A stretch of 64,000 bases of DNA from Torpedo marmorata. Its lineage: Eukaryota. The stretch spans positions 18,352,001 to 18,416,000 of the forward strand of contig OZ360233.1 in the NCBI GenBank assembly GCA_977017645.1, read 5' to 3'. Of this stretch, positions 1-10,676 are shown in pieces (position 1 is the first letter of the stretch; every line of letters begins with the position of its first letter). A model generated the notes under the pieces. That model saw only the letters and a list, made by a program, of their open reading frames with translations, had not been told where the DNA came from and ran no database searches. Both the position numbers and the translations under genes were made by a program.

Positions 1-48
1 CGGCTCAGCGAAATTCCTCGCACATCACACACTGCGTGTTCGTTCCAG

Positions 49-387
49 GCACAAATGGGGAAATCTAGTGACCCACGGACCGCCGGAACGGATGGCCGCG
101 TGAAGGCAGACCGTGTCACTGAGCTCCAGGTACCCAACAACGGCTACCGTATATTTTTGGTACATTCAAATTCCCGTGGAATCTTGGATAGAGATGTTGA
201 AAATCTACAACTCAGGAAATGTGGTTCCATCTCACGGTTGTCCGGACAGGATGACGGGTTCCTTGGAGAATATGGGCCGGATATTCCACCTCATTATCCC
301 CAAAGCTCTTGAGCGGGACTTGGCCGTTTATCTCTGCACGGTGCTACTCATGCTGTTCCTGGGAAATTGCGGAGACGCACAAAAGCT
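49..387 (+). pseudogene. TCR V pseudogene (family 1c), leader outside window
   Basis: Acceptor ttccag at 43-48; frame hits TAG after 6 codons; Cys23 lost; YFWYIQ...AVYLC remnant; RSS CATGCTG-23-ACAAAAGCT at 349-387. Confidence 0.85.
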
Positions 388-640
388 CATTCTGAGATGG
401 GAAGTGGTTTGAGAGAAAACGTAAGAAAGAAGACGGAAGAACGCGATAAGAATTGCGAAACGTTAAGCAGGTGAAAGAGTGAGACAGAATGAGCTTGTGG
501 AATAGAACAAGAGAAGGGGAGAGATGGTGGAGTGAGTGAAAGGGAGGGAGGAGATACACAGAGGGAAGGAGGAAGACGCGGGTTAGTGTACAGATAGAGG
601 GAGAAACTTGCGTGAAGGAAGGGGAACGAGATGCAGACTT

Positions 641-683
641 TCTTGGTCTGCAGTCAAATGGTCTACCACTGAGCTATGCCCTC
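641..683 (-). pseudogene. tRNA-Cys(GCA) 5'-half retrocopy (tailless retropseudogene)
   Basis: Minus strand reads GAGGGCATAGCTCAGTGGTAGACCATTTGACTGCAGACCAAGA, matching vertebrate tRNA-Cys nt 1-43 as I recall it; flanked by ~20-bp imperfect direct repeat (625-644 / 684-703); absent from paralogous promoters. Confidence 0.85.
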
Positions 684-867
684 ATCGAGATACAGACGTT
701 CTTAACAACTCGGTCTCATTGGTTCAATAATGGACACACGAACCAATCCTGTGTGAGGGAAACACTCTCATATCTATCCCCAGGCGTTGGTACGCTATAA
801 CATCGCCCCACGCCTTGTTTTGCGGTAACACAAATAAATATTCGCGTTTTACCGTAATCCGCGTACC

Positions 868-913
868 ATGTCCCTCCTGCGTTGTTTGCTGATTCTATGG
901 GTCGTTCTGACTG
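868..913 (+). CDS. Distal (extra) leader exon MSLLRCLLILWVVLTG
   Basis: accATG, 46 nt, hydrophobic signal peptide, G|GTGAGT donor; no V exon of its own. Confidence 0.8.
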
Positions 914-1239
914 GTGAGTCTGTCTGAGTGGTCATCGACTTCTGTCCATCGTCCTTTATCGACGTGTCTCCCTCTTTAACCTAATTAAAGTTCGGCGATT
1001 CCCCCAAGACTCACACTCCTTCGCTCACCCTCTGTTTACTCATTTAAGATTTCACTCTGTGCTCACTTAACTCACTCGCGCTGTCTCTCCCGCACTCCCG
1101 CTCTCGCCCCTCGCCGCTCTCGTGCGAGGGAAACGACCCCAGCCTCCAACAGAGGTTCTTCTGCTTCCGACGTGCGCTGGCGAACATATATCGGCGAGCA
1201 TTTGTAAAATATCTTTCTTTCGCATTTAGGCCGGGCACC

Positions 1240-1665
1240 ATGTTTCTCCTGAGTTGTTGGCTGATTCTATCGGCCATTCTGCCTGGTGAGACCCGTTGGT
1301 CAACACGTGACGTGCTGGATCAGCGCCATTCCGCGCCATTCACACATTCTGTGTTTTGTTCCAGGGGCGACTGGGAACGATTCAGTGACCCAAACACCTC
1401 TGGAATTGAGCATCGACGGAGAGCAGATCGTATCACTGAGCTGCATTTACTCGATGAGTCCCTTCGCATATTTTTGGTACATTCAACGTCCTGGAGACTC
1501 TCCCAAATATATGCTGAAGATCTTCACGTCGGGAGATGTGTCTCTGTCTCACGATTGTTCGGAGATGATATCGGCTTCCTTGGAGAAAAAGAGCCAGAGA
1601 TTCCATCTCAAAATCTCAGAAACCCGCGAGGAGGATTCCGCCGTTTATCTCTGCGCCGTGGAGCT
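1240..1665 (+). CDS. TRAV: TCR alpha/delta V segment, family 1a (leader 1240-1285, V exon 1365-1665), open
   Basis: Leader MFLLSCWLILSAILPG, GT-AG intron 79 nt, DSVTQ...SLSC...YFWYIQ...DSAVYLCAVE, followed by RSS. Confidence 0.88.
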
Positions 1666-1704
1666 CACACTGTTCCAGGGCGGTGGCGGATCCGCACAAA
1701 AACT
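1666..1704 (+). other. 23-bp-spacer RSS
   Basis: CACACTG-23-ACAAAAACT. Confidence 0.92.
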
Positions 1705-1989
1705 CACCTCGAGAATTTCCATCGCTCGCTGTGGCTAGGGGGCGCACTCGGGCACCGGCAGCCAGTTCTGTCGGTCAGCGCACTGGAAGCGTCAACACGA
1801 CCTTCCTGGAGAGTCTGCTGAAAACGGCAAAACCGAGTTGCAGGAGATTTGCCCTCCTCTGAGAGTTTCTCTTACTCTGCCTCCTCTGTGTCAGATTCCT
1901 TACTTTGAGGTGGAAGGTAGCAAGCCAGGGAAAGAGAAGGAGTGTTCTTGTGATGGAAATTGTGAGATTAATAAAGCGGTCTGTTTCGG

Positions 1990-2344
1990 ACAGATGCGTG
2001 TTCCTTCGGCCTGTCCTTTCTAAAATCAACAACAAGCTCCTTGGTATTGGTGACATTAAGAACAGGATTGTTGTTCTGGAACCACCCAACCAGGTTCTTG
2101 ATTTCCATCATGCATTTAGTCTCATAATTCCCAGTTATCCGGCCAACACTGGTAGCGTTGTCATCTAATTTGTAGATTGAGTTGGAGCTGAACTTGGCTG
2201 CACAGTCATGGGTGCCCATGGCATAGATTAGGGGACAAAGCAGGCAGCCTTGGACTGCTCCTGTGTTGATGGTCAGCGAGGAGGAGGTGATGCTGGCGAT
2301 CAGCACTGTTTGGGTCTGCAGTGAGGAAGTCAAAAATCCAGTCG
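1990..2344 (-). mobile_element. Rex1/Babar-like LINE RT fragment (resumes at ~5090-5330 after CR1)
   Basis: Minus-strand SSSLTINTGAVQGCLLCPLIY...KLDDNATSVG...TKELVVDFRK. Confidence 0.75.
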
Positions 2345-5089
2345 TTCTTTCAGGCGTTATAGAACAGTGGGGGGGGGGTGTGGGGGGTGGAGGGGTCGCA
2401 TTGCTTGTTAGGGAAAACATTACAGCGGTGCTTTGGCAGGATAGATTGGAGGGCTCGTCCAGTGAGGCTATTTGGGTGGAATTGAGGAATGGGAAAGGCA
2501 TGAAAACACTAAGGGAGTGTATTATACACCACCGAATGGGAAGAGGGAATTAGAGAAGAAAATTTGTAAGGAGATAGAATATATGTGTAATAAACATAAG
2601 GTGGTGATTATAGGTGATTTTAACTTTCCACACATTGACTGGGACGCCCATACTCTAATAGGGCAGGATGGGTTGGAGTTTGTCTTATGTGTTCAGGAAA
2701 GTTTTCTGAATCAATACATAGAATTACCGATTTGATAGGGGGCAGTATTGGATATCCTATTTGGGAACGAGATAGGTCAGGTGACAGAGGTTTGTGTTGG
2801 GGAACACTTTGGGTCCAGTGATCATAATACTATTAGTTTTAGGTTGATAATGGAGAAGGATAGGGCTGGGCCTAAGGTTGAGATTGTTGATTGGAATAAG
2901 GCAAATTTCGAGGAGATGAGCAAGGATTTCGAGGGTGTGGATTGGGATAATTTATTTTTAGGGAAGGATGTCACAGATAAAATGAGGATATTCAAAGGGG
3001 AAATTTCGAGAGTACAGAGTCGGTTCGTCCCTGTGAGGATTAAAGGAAGAGTTAGAAAATATAGGGAACTTTGGTTTTCAAAGGATATTGGGAATTTGGT
3101 TCTGAGGAAGAGGGATGTGTACAACAGGTATAGACAGCAGGGAATAGATGAGGTCCTTGAGGAATATAAGGAGTGTAAAAAATCTTAAGAAAGAAATTCG
3201 AAAGGCTAAAAGGAGATATGAGGCTGCTTTGGCAGGCAAGGTAAAAATAAATCCAAAGGGATTCTACAGGTACATTAAAAGCAAAAGAATAGTGAGGGAT
3301 AAAATTGGGCCCATTGAGGATCAGACGGGTAGGCTATGTGAAATGTCAGAAGAGATGGGGGAGATTTTAAATGAATTTTGTTCTTCAGTATTTACAAAGG
3401 AAAGGAATATTGAGCCAGGTGAAGTAACGAAATCTGGCAGCGAGGTCATGGATAATATAAAGCTTAATGAGGAGGTAGTATTGGCTAATTTAAAGAGTAT
3501 AAAGGTGGATAAATCTCCAGTTCCTGACAGGATATTCCCGAGGACCCTGAGGGAGTTTAGTGTACAAATAGTGGGGGCTCTGACAGAAATATTTAAAATG
3601 TCACTGGCCACGGGCGAGGTGCCGGAGGATTGGAGGGTAGCTCATGTTGTCCCGCTGTTTAAGACGGGCTCTAAAAGTAAACTTGGAAATTATAGGCCTT
3701 GTGAGTCTGACATCTGTGGTGGGTAAATTAATGGATAGTGTTCTTAGAGATGGTGTATACAGTTATTTGGAAAGACAAGCATTGATTAGGAGTAGTCAAC
3801 ACGGTTTTGTTCGTGGTAGATCATGTTTAACAAATCTCATAGAGTTTTTCGATGAGGTTACCAAGAAGGTTGACGAGGGGAAGGCTGTGGATGTTTTCTA
3901 TGTGGACATTGGTGAAGCATTTGACAAGGTTCCGCATAAGAGGCAAGTTAAGAAGGTTCAAGCATTAGGTATTAACGACGAAGTAGTGAAATGGATTCAA
4001 CAATGGTTGGATAGGAGATGCCAGAGAGTAGTGGTGGAAAGCTGTTTGTCAAATTGGAGGCCGGTGACCAGTGGAGTGCCTCAGTGATCGGTACTGGGTC
4101 CATTGTTGTTTATCATATATATTAATGATCTAGATGATAGGGTGGTAAATTGGATTAGTAAGTATGCAGATGATCCGAAGATTGGTGGTGTTGTGGACAG
4201 TAAAGAGGGATATGAAAGCTTGCAGGGGGATATAGGACAGTTAGAAGAGTGGGCGGAAACATGGCAGATGGAGTTTAATACTGATAAATGTGAGGTGCTA
4301 CATTTTGGTAGGATTAATCAGCAAAGGCCATACATGTTAAATGGAAGACAATTGAGAAGTGCATTAGAACAGAGGGATTTAGGAATTCTGGTACATAATT
4401 CCCTGAATGTTGAGCCACACGTAGATAGGGTGGTGAAGAAAGCATTTGGTATGTTGGCCTTCATAAATCAGAGTATTGAATATAGGAGTTGGGATGTCAT
4501 GTTGAAGTTGTATAAGGCATTGTTGAGGCCAAATTTGGAATATTGTGCGCAGTTTTGGTCGCCGAACTATAGGAAGGATATAAACAGAATAGAGAGAGAG
4601 CAGAGGAGATTTACAAGAATGTTGCCTGGGTTTCTGGGTTTGAGTTATAGGGAAAGATAGAACAGGCTGGGACTTTATTCCATGGAGCGTAGGAGGTTGA
4701 GGGGTGATTTAATAGAGGTATTTAAAATTATGAAGGGGACAGATAGAGTCAATGTGGACAGGCATTTTCCATTGAGAGTGGGGAAGATTCAAACAAGAGG
4801 GCATGGATTGAGATTGAAGGAGGAAATGTTTAGAGGAAACATCAGGGGGAATTTCTTTACTCAGAGGGCGGTGGGATGGGGGAACGAGCTTCCGGCCGAA
4901 GTGGTAGATGCAGGTTCAATTTTAATGGTTAGGAAAAGTTGGATAGGTATATGGACGAGAGAAGTGTGGAAGGTTATGGGCCGGGTGCGGGTCAGTGGGA
5001 CTAGGTGGGAGAATGTGTTCGGCATGGACTAGAAGGGTCGAACAGGCCTGTTTCTGTGCTGTAACTTTTATATGGGTATCTGGTGATAT
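2345..5089 (+). mobile_element. CR1-clade LINE, 5'-truncated, disrupted ORF2 (EN + RT)
   Basis: IIGDFNFPHIDW, GSSDH, SQHGFVRGRSCLTNL, SGVPQ*SVLGP, KYADD, LEYCAQFWSP, MERRRLRGDLIEVFKI; stops and frameshifts. Confidence 0.92.
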
Positions 5090-5584
5090 GACAGGGTCCC
5101 AGATGCTTTCGATTGGCCAAAGGTTTTGAGGTGAGGGTGTGGAACGAAGATGTTTCGGTGATCTAGGTGATTTAATGCAGAGTGGAGAGTCAGTGATATG
5201 GCTTCGTCCTTTGACCTATTGTGGGGATAGGCCAACTGAAATGCGTCCAGGTCATTCCCCAGATCGGAGTTAATTCGCTACATAACCAAGTTCTCAACAA
5301 TTCATCACAGTCGGTCACTTTGCTCTTATTGAGCAAGTAGGGGAGGGAGAAGACTGGAAGCGAAGCATGTGGGGGAAGGGCAGAGAAGGACAACCAAAGA
5401 GAAGCATTTATACCTGCTCGTTTTAATTCGTTCCATCGCAGCGTCATTCAGAACCAATGACCATTCCTGTGCTAGCGAAATGCTATAAATCTCAGCGCTG
5501 CGGCTGCTGCGGACGTGAATTTGTAAACTTACAGCGGGGAAACACGTAAGAACATATTTTTGTTTTGACCATTATTCGGGAACC

Positions 5585-6049
5585 ATGTCCCCAAGAGGTA
5601 CCTGCTGATTCTATGGGCCATTCTGCCAGGTGAGACTCTGTCTGATCAGTTAGCGCGTCCCGCGGATTCAGCACAGTCCCGTACCGCTCCCACACTCCGT
5701 GATTCCGTCCAAGCACGAGAGGGGAGGATTATGTGACACAAGGACCGCCGGTAGTCATGGCCGAGAAAAGGCAGACCGTGCCACTGAGCTATAGTTACTC
5801 GACGAGTCAATCCGCATATTTTTGGTACATTCAACGTCTTGCAGAACCTCCCAAATATTTGCTGAAAATGTACAGCTGGGGATATGTGGCTGCATCTCAA
5901 GTTTGCGCAAGAGGAAATCGGTGTTCTTGCAGACAAAGGGCCAGAGGTTCGACTTGACTGTCTATGGGACGCTTGTGTCGGTCAGCGCCGTATATCTCTG
6001 CGTCGTGCAGCCCACTGATCCAGGGCGATGGTGGGTCCTCAAAAACACT
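5585..6049 (+). pseudogene. TCR V pseudogene (family 1b)
   Basis: 1-nt deletion in leader gives TGA at codon 8; acceptor ccagg>ccaag; Cys23>Tyr; frameshift; RSS CCCACTG-23-AAAAACACT. Confidence 0.88.
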
Positions 6050-6904
6050 CTGGTAATTAGAAATAGGCAGTGCCACCAGGGGGCGTGCTTTCCCCCACAC
6101 AGTCCTCACCAGTGCACAGGACGGAGACGGCAACTGTGCATCACGGGAGATAGTCTTCTCCAAAGTGCAGCGCCGGTATTTACCCTGGCGTGAGGAAAGA
6201 CGTTTGTCTCACTCTCTGTTCCGAGGAGGAGGGGAGGAATTTAGAGAAAAGCGCGGATTAGGGTGGACCGCCTTTTGCGAGAGAGGAGGAGTGACAGGAA
6301 CTGCTTGGATAGGGAGTGAGCGAAAGGGTGAAAGGAATTTAGAGAGAAAGGTGAGGAGTGAGAGAGAGCGAATGAAAGGGAGAGATCGTGATTGACGAAG
6401 AGAGATATCACAGGAGGGAGGAAGTGGACAGGGAGTTGTATGTGAGAAAGAGTGTGAAAATGATTTACTGACGGAGATATTGAGAGGGCAAGAACGGGAG
6501 TGAAAGGGACAGGCGGTAGGTGCGACTGTGGGAATTGAAGGGAGGGAGAGATTGGCACTGCTCACGAAAGTTTAAATAAGTGTAAGACGGAGTCGCATAG
6601 AGGTAGGAAGCGTAAAAGAACGCGAGAAGGGGCGAGAGGGTGCAGGAAAACGAGTGAAGGTGATGGAAAGGGCGGAGCAAGAGAGAAGAAGAGAGAGACG
6701 TGGGGAGTGTAAATATAGATGGAGAAACACGTGCGAAAACGACGGAGAATGAGAAACGGCCAACATTAACAACGAGTTTTCATTGGTCCAACAACGGCGT
6801 CCTTTTGAGCCCCTATGTGAGGGGATTGGCGGCTACTGACGTGACCCCTCTTTTTATATCGGGGTAGCATATGGAAATATTCGGCTGTTTACCTTCACAC
6901 TGGC

Positions 6905-7378
6905 ATGGTCCCCATTGAGTTGTTTGATGATTCTATGGGCCTTTCTGCTTGGCGAGTCTCTGTCTGATTGGTCAGCGCTTGTCCCTCCCGGCTCAGTGCA
7001 ATCCCGCGCATCTCAGACACTGCGTGTTTCGTGCCAGGCACAAATTGGGAAAATTTGGTGACCCACGGACAGCTGTAACGGATGGCCGCGGGAAAAAAAG
7101 ACGGTGTCACTGAGCTCTTGGTACCCGACAAGGATTACCGTATATTTTTGGTACATTCAAAATCCCGTGGATTCTTCCACATATTTGATGACAGTTTACA
7201 GCTCAGGAGATGTGGTTCCGTCGCACGATTTCCCAGACAGAATGACGGTTTCCTTGGAGAAAAATGGTCGAATATTCCACCTCAATATCTCCGAAGCTCT
7301 TGGAGCGTACTTCGCCGTTTATCTCTTCGCAGTGCGGTTTGCACTGTTCCTGGAGATTGCGGAGACTTTCAAAAGCTC
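6905..7378 (+). pseudogene. TCR V pseudogene (family 1c)
   Basis: Out-of-frame leader, GC donor at 6952, both canonical Cys lost (W, F), heptamer TGCACTG. Confidence 0.85.
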
Positions 7379-8196
7379 ATTCTGATAATTTGCAATGACC
7401 GCTATCACTAGGGGCCGCTCTGGGTAGCCGCCAGCCTATCCTGACCCGCCCATGGAATAAATGCGACAGCGAGATTTCCCTGGTGAGGGTCTTCTCACAC
7501 GACAGCGTTGAGCAACAGGAGTTCGTAGCTGCTCTGAGAAAAGACGTTTCTCTTCCTCTCAATCTCCAGTGACGGAGGTTCTGAGGTGGAGGGGAAGAAG
7601 ACCGAGTGATGCATATTTGGGTGGACATTGTTTCGCGAGAGAGCAGCAGCGTCAGGAAAATGTTTGCGAAAGGGATTGAGGGATAGTGTGGGAGAAATAG
7701 ATAGGGAATCAGACGGGACAGATGAGAGAGAGAGAGAGTGAGAACAAATGAGGTAGAGATAGAGAGCGCGAAATTGAGAGTTAGAGAGATGGGAAGTTAT
7801 TTGAGAGAAAACGGGAGAGCGTGTTAAGGATTGCGAAACGTTAAGCAGGTGAAAACGTGAGACAGAGTGAGGTAGAGGAATAGAACGACTGAAGGGGAGA
7901 GAGGGTGGAGTGAGTGAAAGCGAGGGAGGAGATACGCAGAGGGAAGGAGAAAGACGCGGTGAATGTACAGATAGAGAGAGAAACTTGCGTGAAGGACGGG
8001 GAACGAGATGCAGACTGTCGTAACAACTCGGTCTGATTGGTTCAGTAATGGTTCAATAATTGCCAAACCAACCAATCCTGTGTGAGGGAAACACTCTCAT
8101 TGCTGTTCCAGGCGTTTGTCCGCTCATAACATCGACCCACCCCTTGTATAGCGGTAACTCATAGAAATATTCGCTTTTGACCTTAATCCGCGTACC

Positions 8197-8242
8197 ATGT
8201 CCCTCCTGAGTTGTTTTCTGCTTCTATGGGCCGTTCTGACTG
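8197..8242 (+). CDS. Distal leader exon MSLLSCFLLLWAVLTG
   Basis: accATG, 46 nt, G|GTGCGT donor. Confidence 0.78.
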
Positions 8243-8564
8243 GTGCGTCTGTCTGATTGGTCACCGACATCTGACCATCTTCCTTGCTCTCCGTGTCTCC
8301 CACTTTAATCTAATAAAAGTTCGGTGATACCCCAAGACTCACACTCCTTCTCTATCCCTCCGTTTACTCATTTACACTTTCATTCTGTGCTTACTGATCT
8401 CCCTCGCGCGATCTCTCCCGCACTCTCTCGCTCCTCGTCGCTCTAGTGCGAGGGAAACAACCCCTGTCTCCAAGAGAGGTTCTTCTGCTTCCGACGTGAG
8501 CTTGCGGCCTTTTATCGGGCGAGTATTTGGAAAATACCGTTCTCCCGAATTTAAGCCGGGCATC

Positions 8565-8987
8565 ATGTTCCTCCTGAGTAGTTGGCTGATTCTATGGGCC
8601 GTTCTGCCTGGTGAGACTGATTGACAACTCATTTTGCGTGGATGCAGCGCCATGCAGCGCCGTTCACACATTCTGTGTTGTTCCAGGGGCGAGTGGGAAC
8701 GATGCAGTGACCCAAAGACCGCCGGAACTGATAGTCGATGAAGGGCAGATCGTATCACTGATCTGCAGTTACTCGATGAGTGCCGAGGCATATTTCTGGT
8801 ACATTCAACGTCCCGGAGAATCAACAAAATATTTGCTAAAAATTTACACGTCAGGAGATGTGGTTCAGTCTCACGATTTTCCGGAGAAGATATCGGGTTC
8901 CTTGGAGAAACAGAGCCAGAGATTCCACCTCAATATCTCAAAAACCTGTGAGGAGGATTCCGCCGTGTATCACTGCGCTGTGGTTTT
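8565..8987 (+). CDS. TRAV: TCR alpha/delta V segment, family 1a (leader 8565-8610, V exon 8687-8987), open
   Basis: MFLLSSWLILWAVLPG; DAVTQ...SLIC...YFWYIQ...KTCEEDSAVYHCAVV. Confidence 0.82.
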
Positions 8988-9026
8988 CACTCCGTTCCAG
9001 GGCGGTGGAGGATCCGCATAAAAACT
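8988..9026 (+). other. 23-bp-spacer RSS, divergent heptamer
   Basis: CACTCCG-23-ATAAAAACT. Confidence 0.8.
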
Positions 9027-9434
9027 CTCCTCGAGAATTTCCATCGCTCGCTGTGGCTTGGGGGTGCACTCGGTGACGGGCAGCCAGTCCTGACCGTCCG
9101 CTCAATAGAAGCGACAACACGACCTTCCTGGAGAGTCTGCTGAAAATGGCAACGCGGTGTTGCAGAAGATTTGTGCTCCTCTGAGCTATTCTCTTTCTCT
9201 GCCTCCTCTGTGTCCGATTCCTTAGTTTGAGGTGGAAGGTAGGAAGTCTGGGAGTGAGAAAAAAATGGATAGCTGTTTCCAAGAATATTGTAGGAAAAGG
9301 GAAGGAGTGTTTTAGTGATGGAAATTGAGAGATTAAAAAAGTGGTGTGGGTAGGAGTGGAGCGTTACCCCTCGGCCTGCCCTTCCTAAAATCAACAAGCT
9401 CCTTGGTCTTGGTGTCATTAAGAAACAGATTGTT

Positions 9435-10076
9435 TATACTCCAGATGTAGCTACGACCCAATCCAATAACTGCTCTTTTCGGGGTTATTGAACCAGACAT
9501 AGGGAGTTTTTCTGTACCTGTTCAACGGGTTGTGGCCTTCTCTACATTGTTGGCTATAAGAGCCATCCTATTCAAATGGAAAGATTCTGGATCTCCAACA
9601 GTGTTTCAATATTTTCCTCGTATTATGTCTTGTTTAAGCTTAGAAAAAGTTAGATATTATGTATTTGATTCATGGGTGAAATTTGAAGATAAATGGCGAC
9701 CTTTTATGTCTTATTTTCATATGATGTAAGTGTTTCTAATGTAATTAGATGTATTTAGTCTTCCTTTGTTTTTTGATTTACGGTAGGAACCAAAAATTAC
9801 AAAATATGTTTAACCTTCAGGATAAGCTGCTCAGCTGTTTTTTGTTAGTTGTTTTTTTTAAAATTAGTGTTGGTTCGGTGGTTTTTGTTTAATATATAAT
9901 ACTTTTGATTTTTTTTAAATTGTCACCTATTGCAGTGGAGCGGGGATCGAATTTATACTGTTTGAAGTTTTATTTTAATATTTATAAATATGTGATATTG
10001 TATTTTCAATTTCGTTCTATTTTATTCATTGTATTGTATTTCTTATAAAAATAAAAATTAAAAGATTTAAAAAGAA
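9435..10076 (+). mobile_element. L1/Tx1-clade LINE 3' fragment inserted in Rex fragment
   Basis: ORF2 C-terminus (LLAIRAILFKWK...LSLEKVRY...KFEDKWRPFMSY), T-rich 3' UTR, A-rich tail, AGATTGTT repeated at 9427-9434 and 10077-10084. Confidence 0.8.
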
Positions 10077-10645
10077 AGATTGTTGTTCTGGAACCACCCA
10101 ACCAGGTTCGTGATTTCCATCCTGCATTCTGGCTCATCTTTTCCAGTTATTCACCCAACACTGGTGGTGTCGCCATCTAATTTGTAGATTGAGTTGGAGC
10201 TGAACTTGGCTGCACAGTCATGGATGCCCATGGCATGGAGTGGGGGCCAAAGCAGGCAGCCTTGGAGTGCTCCTGAGTTGATGGTCAGCGAGGAGGAGGT
10301 GATGTGGTTGATCAGCACTGTGTGGGTCTGCCAAAGAGGAATTCAAAGATCCAGTCGCAGTGGGATGGACAGAGTTCTAGATCCTTCAGCTTGGTCATAG
10401 GCTTTGCAGGTATGAGGATGTTGAACGCCGAGCTGTAGTCAATGAACAACAGCCCCACGAAGGTGTTTCGGTGGTCCAGGTGATTTAATGCAGAGTGGAG
10501 AGTCAGCGATATTACGCCGTCAGTTGACCTGTTGTGGCGATTGGTGAACTGAAGTGGGTCCAGGTCCTTCCAGAGATAGGAGTAAATTCGCTCCATACCC
10601 AACCTCTGAAAACACTTCATCACAGTCGGTCAACTTGCTCTTCTT
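10077..10645 (-). mobile_element. Rex1/Babar-like LINE RT fragment
   Basis: MMKCFQRL...LDPLQF..RHNRSTDGVIS...LLFIDYSSAFN. Confidence 0.8.
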
Positions 10646-10676
10646 GGGCACGTCAGGGAGGGAGGAGATTGGAAGC

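Noticed and set aside
1240-1821. ORFs reading from leader through intron or past the RSS (e.g. 1240-1821, 22090-22740, 15902-16402)
   Set aside because: Introns are not multiples of 3 and read-through tails are not conserved among paralogs; artefacts of unspliced, unrearranged DNA.
6905-7378. GC splice donor shared by all family-1c copies as a functional GC-AG intron
   Set aside because: The same copies lack an in-frame start and have frameshifts or lost Cys; simply an inherited lesion.
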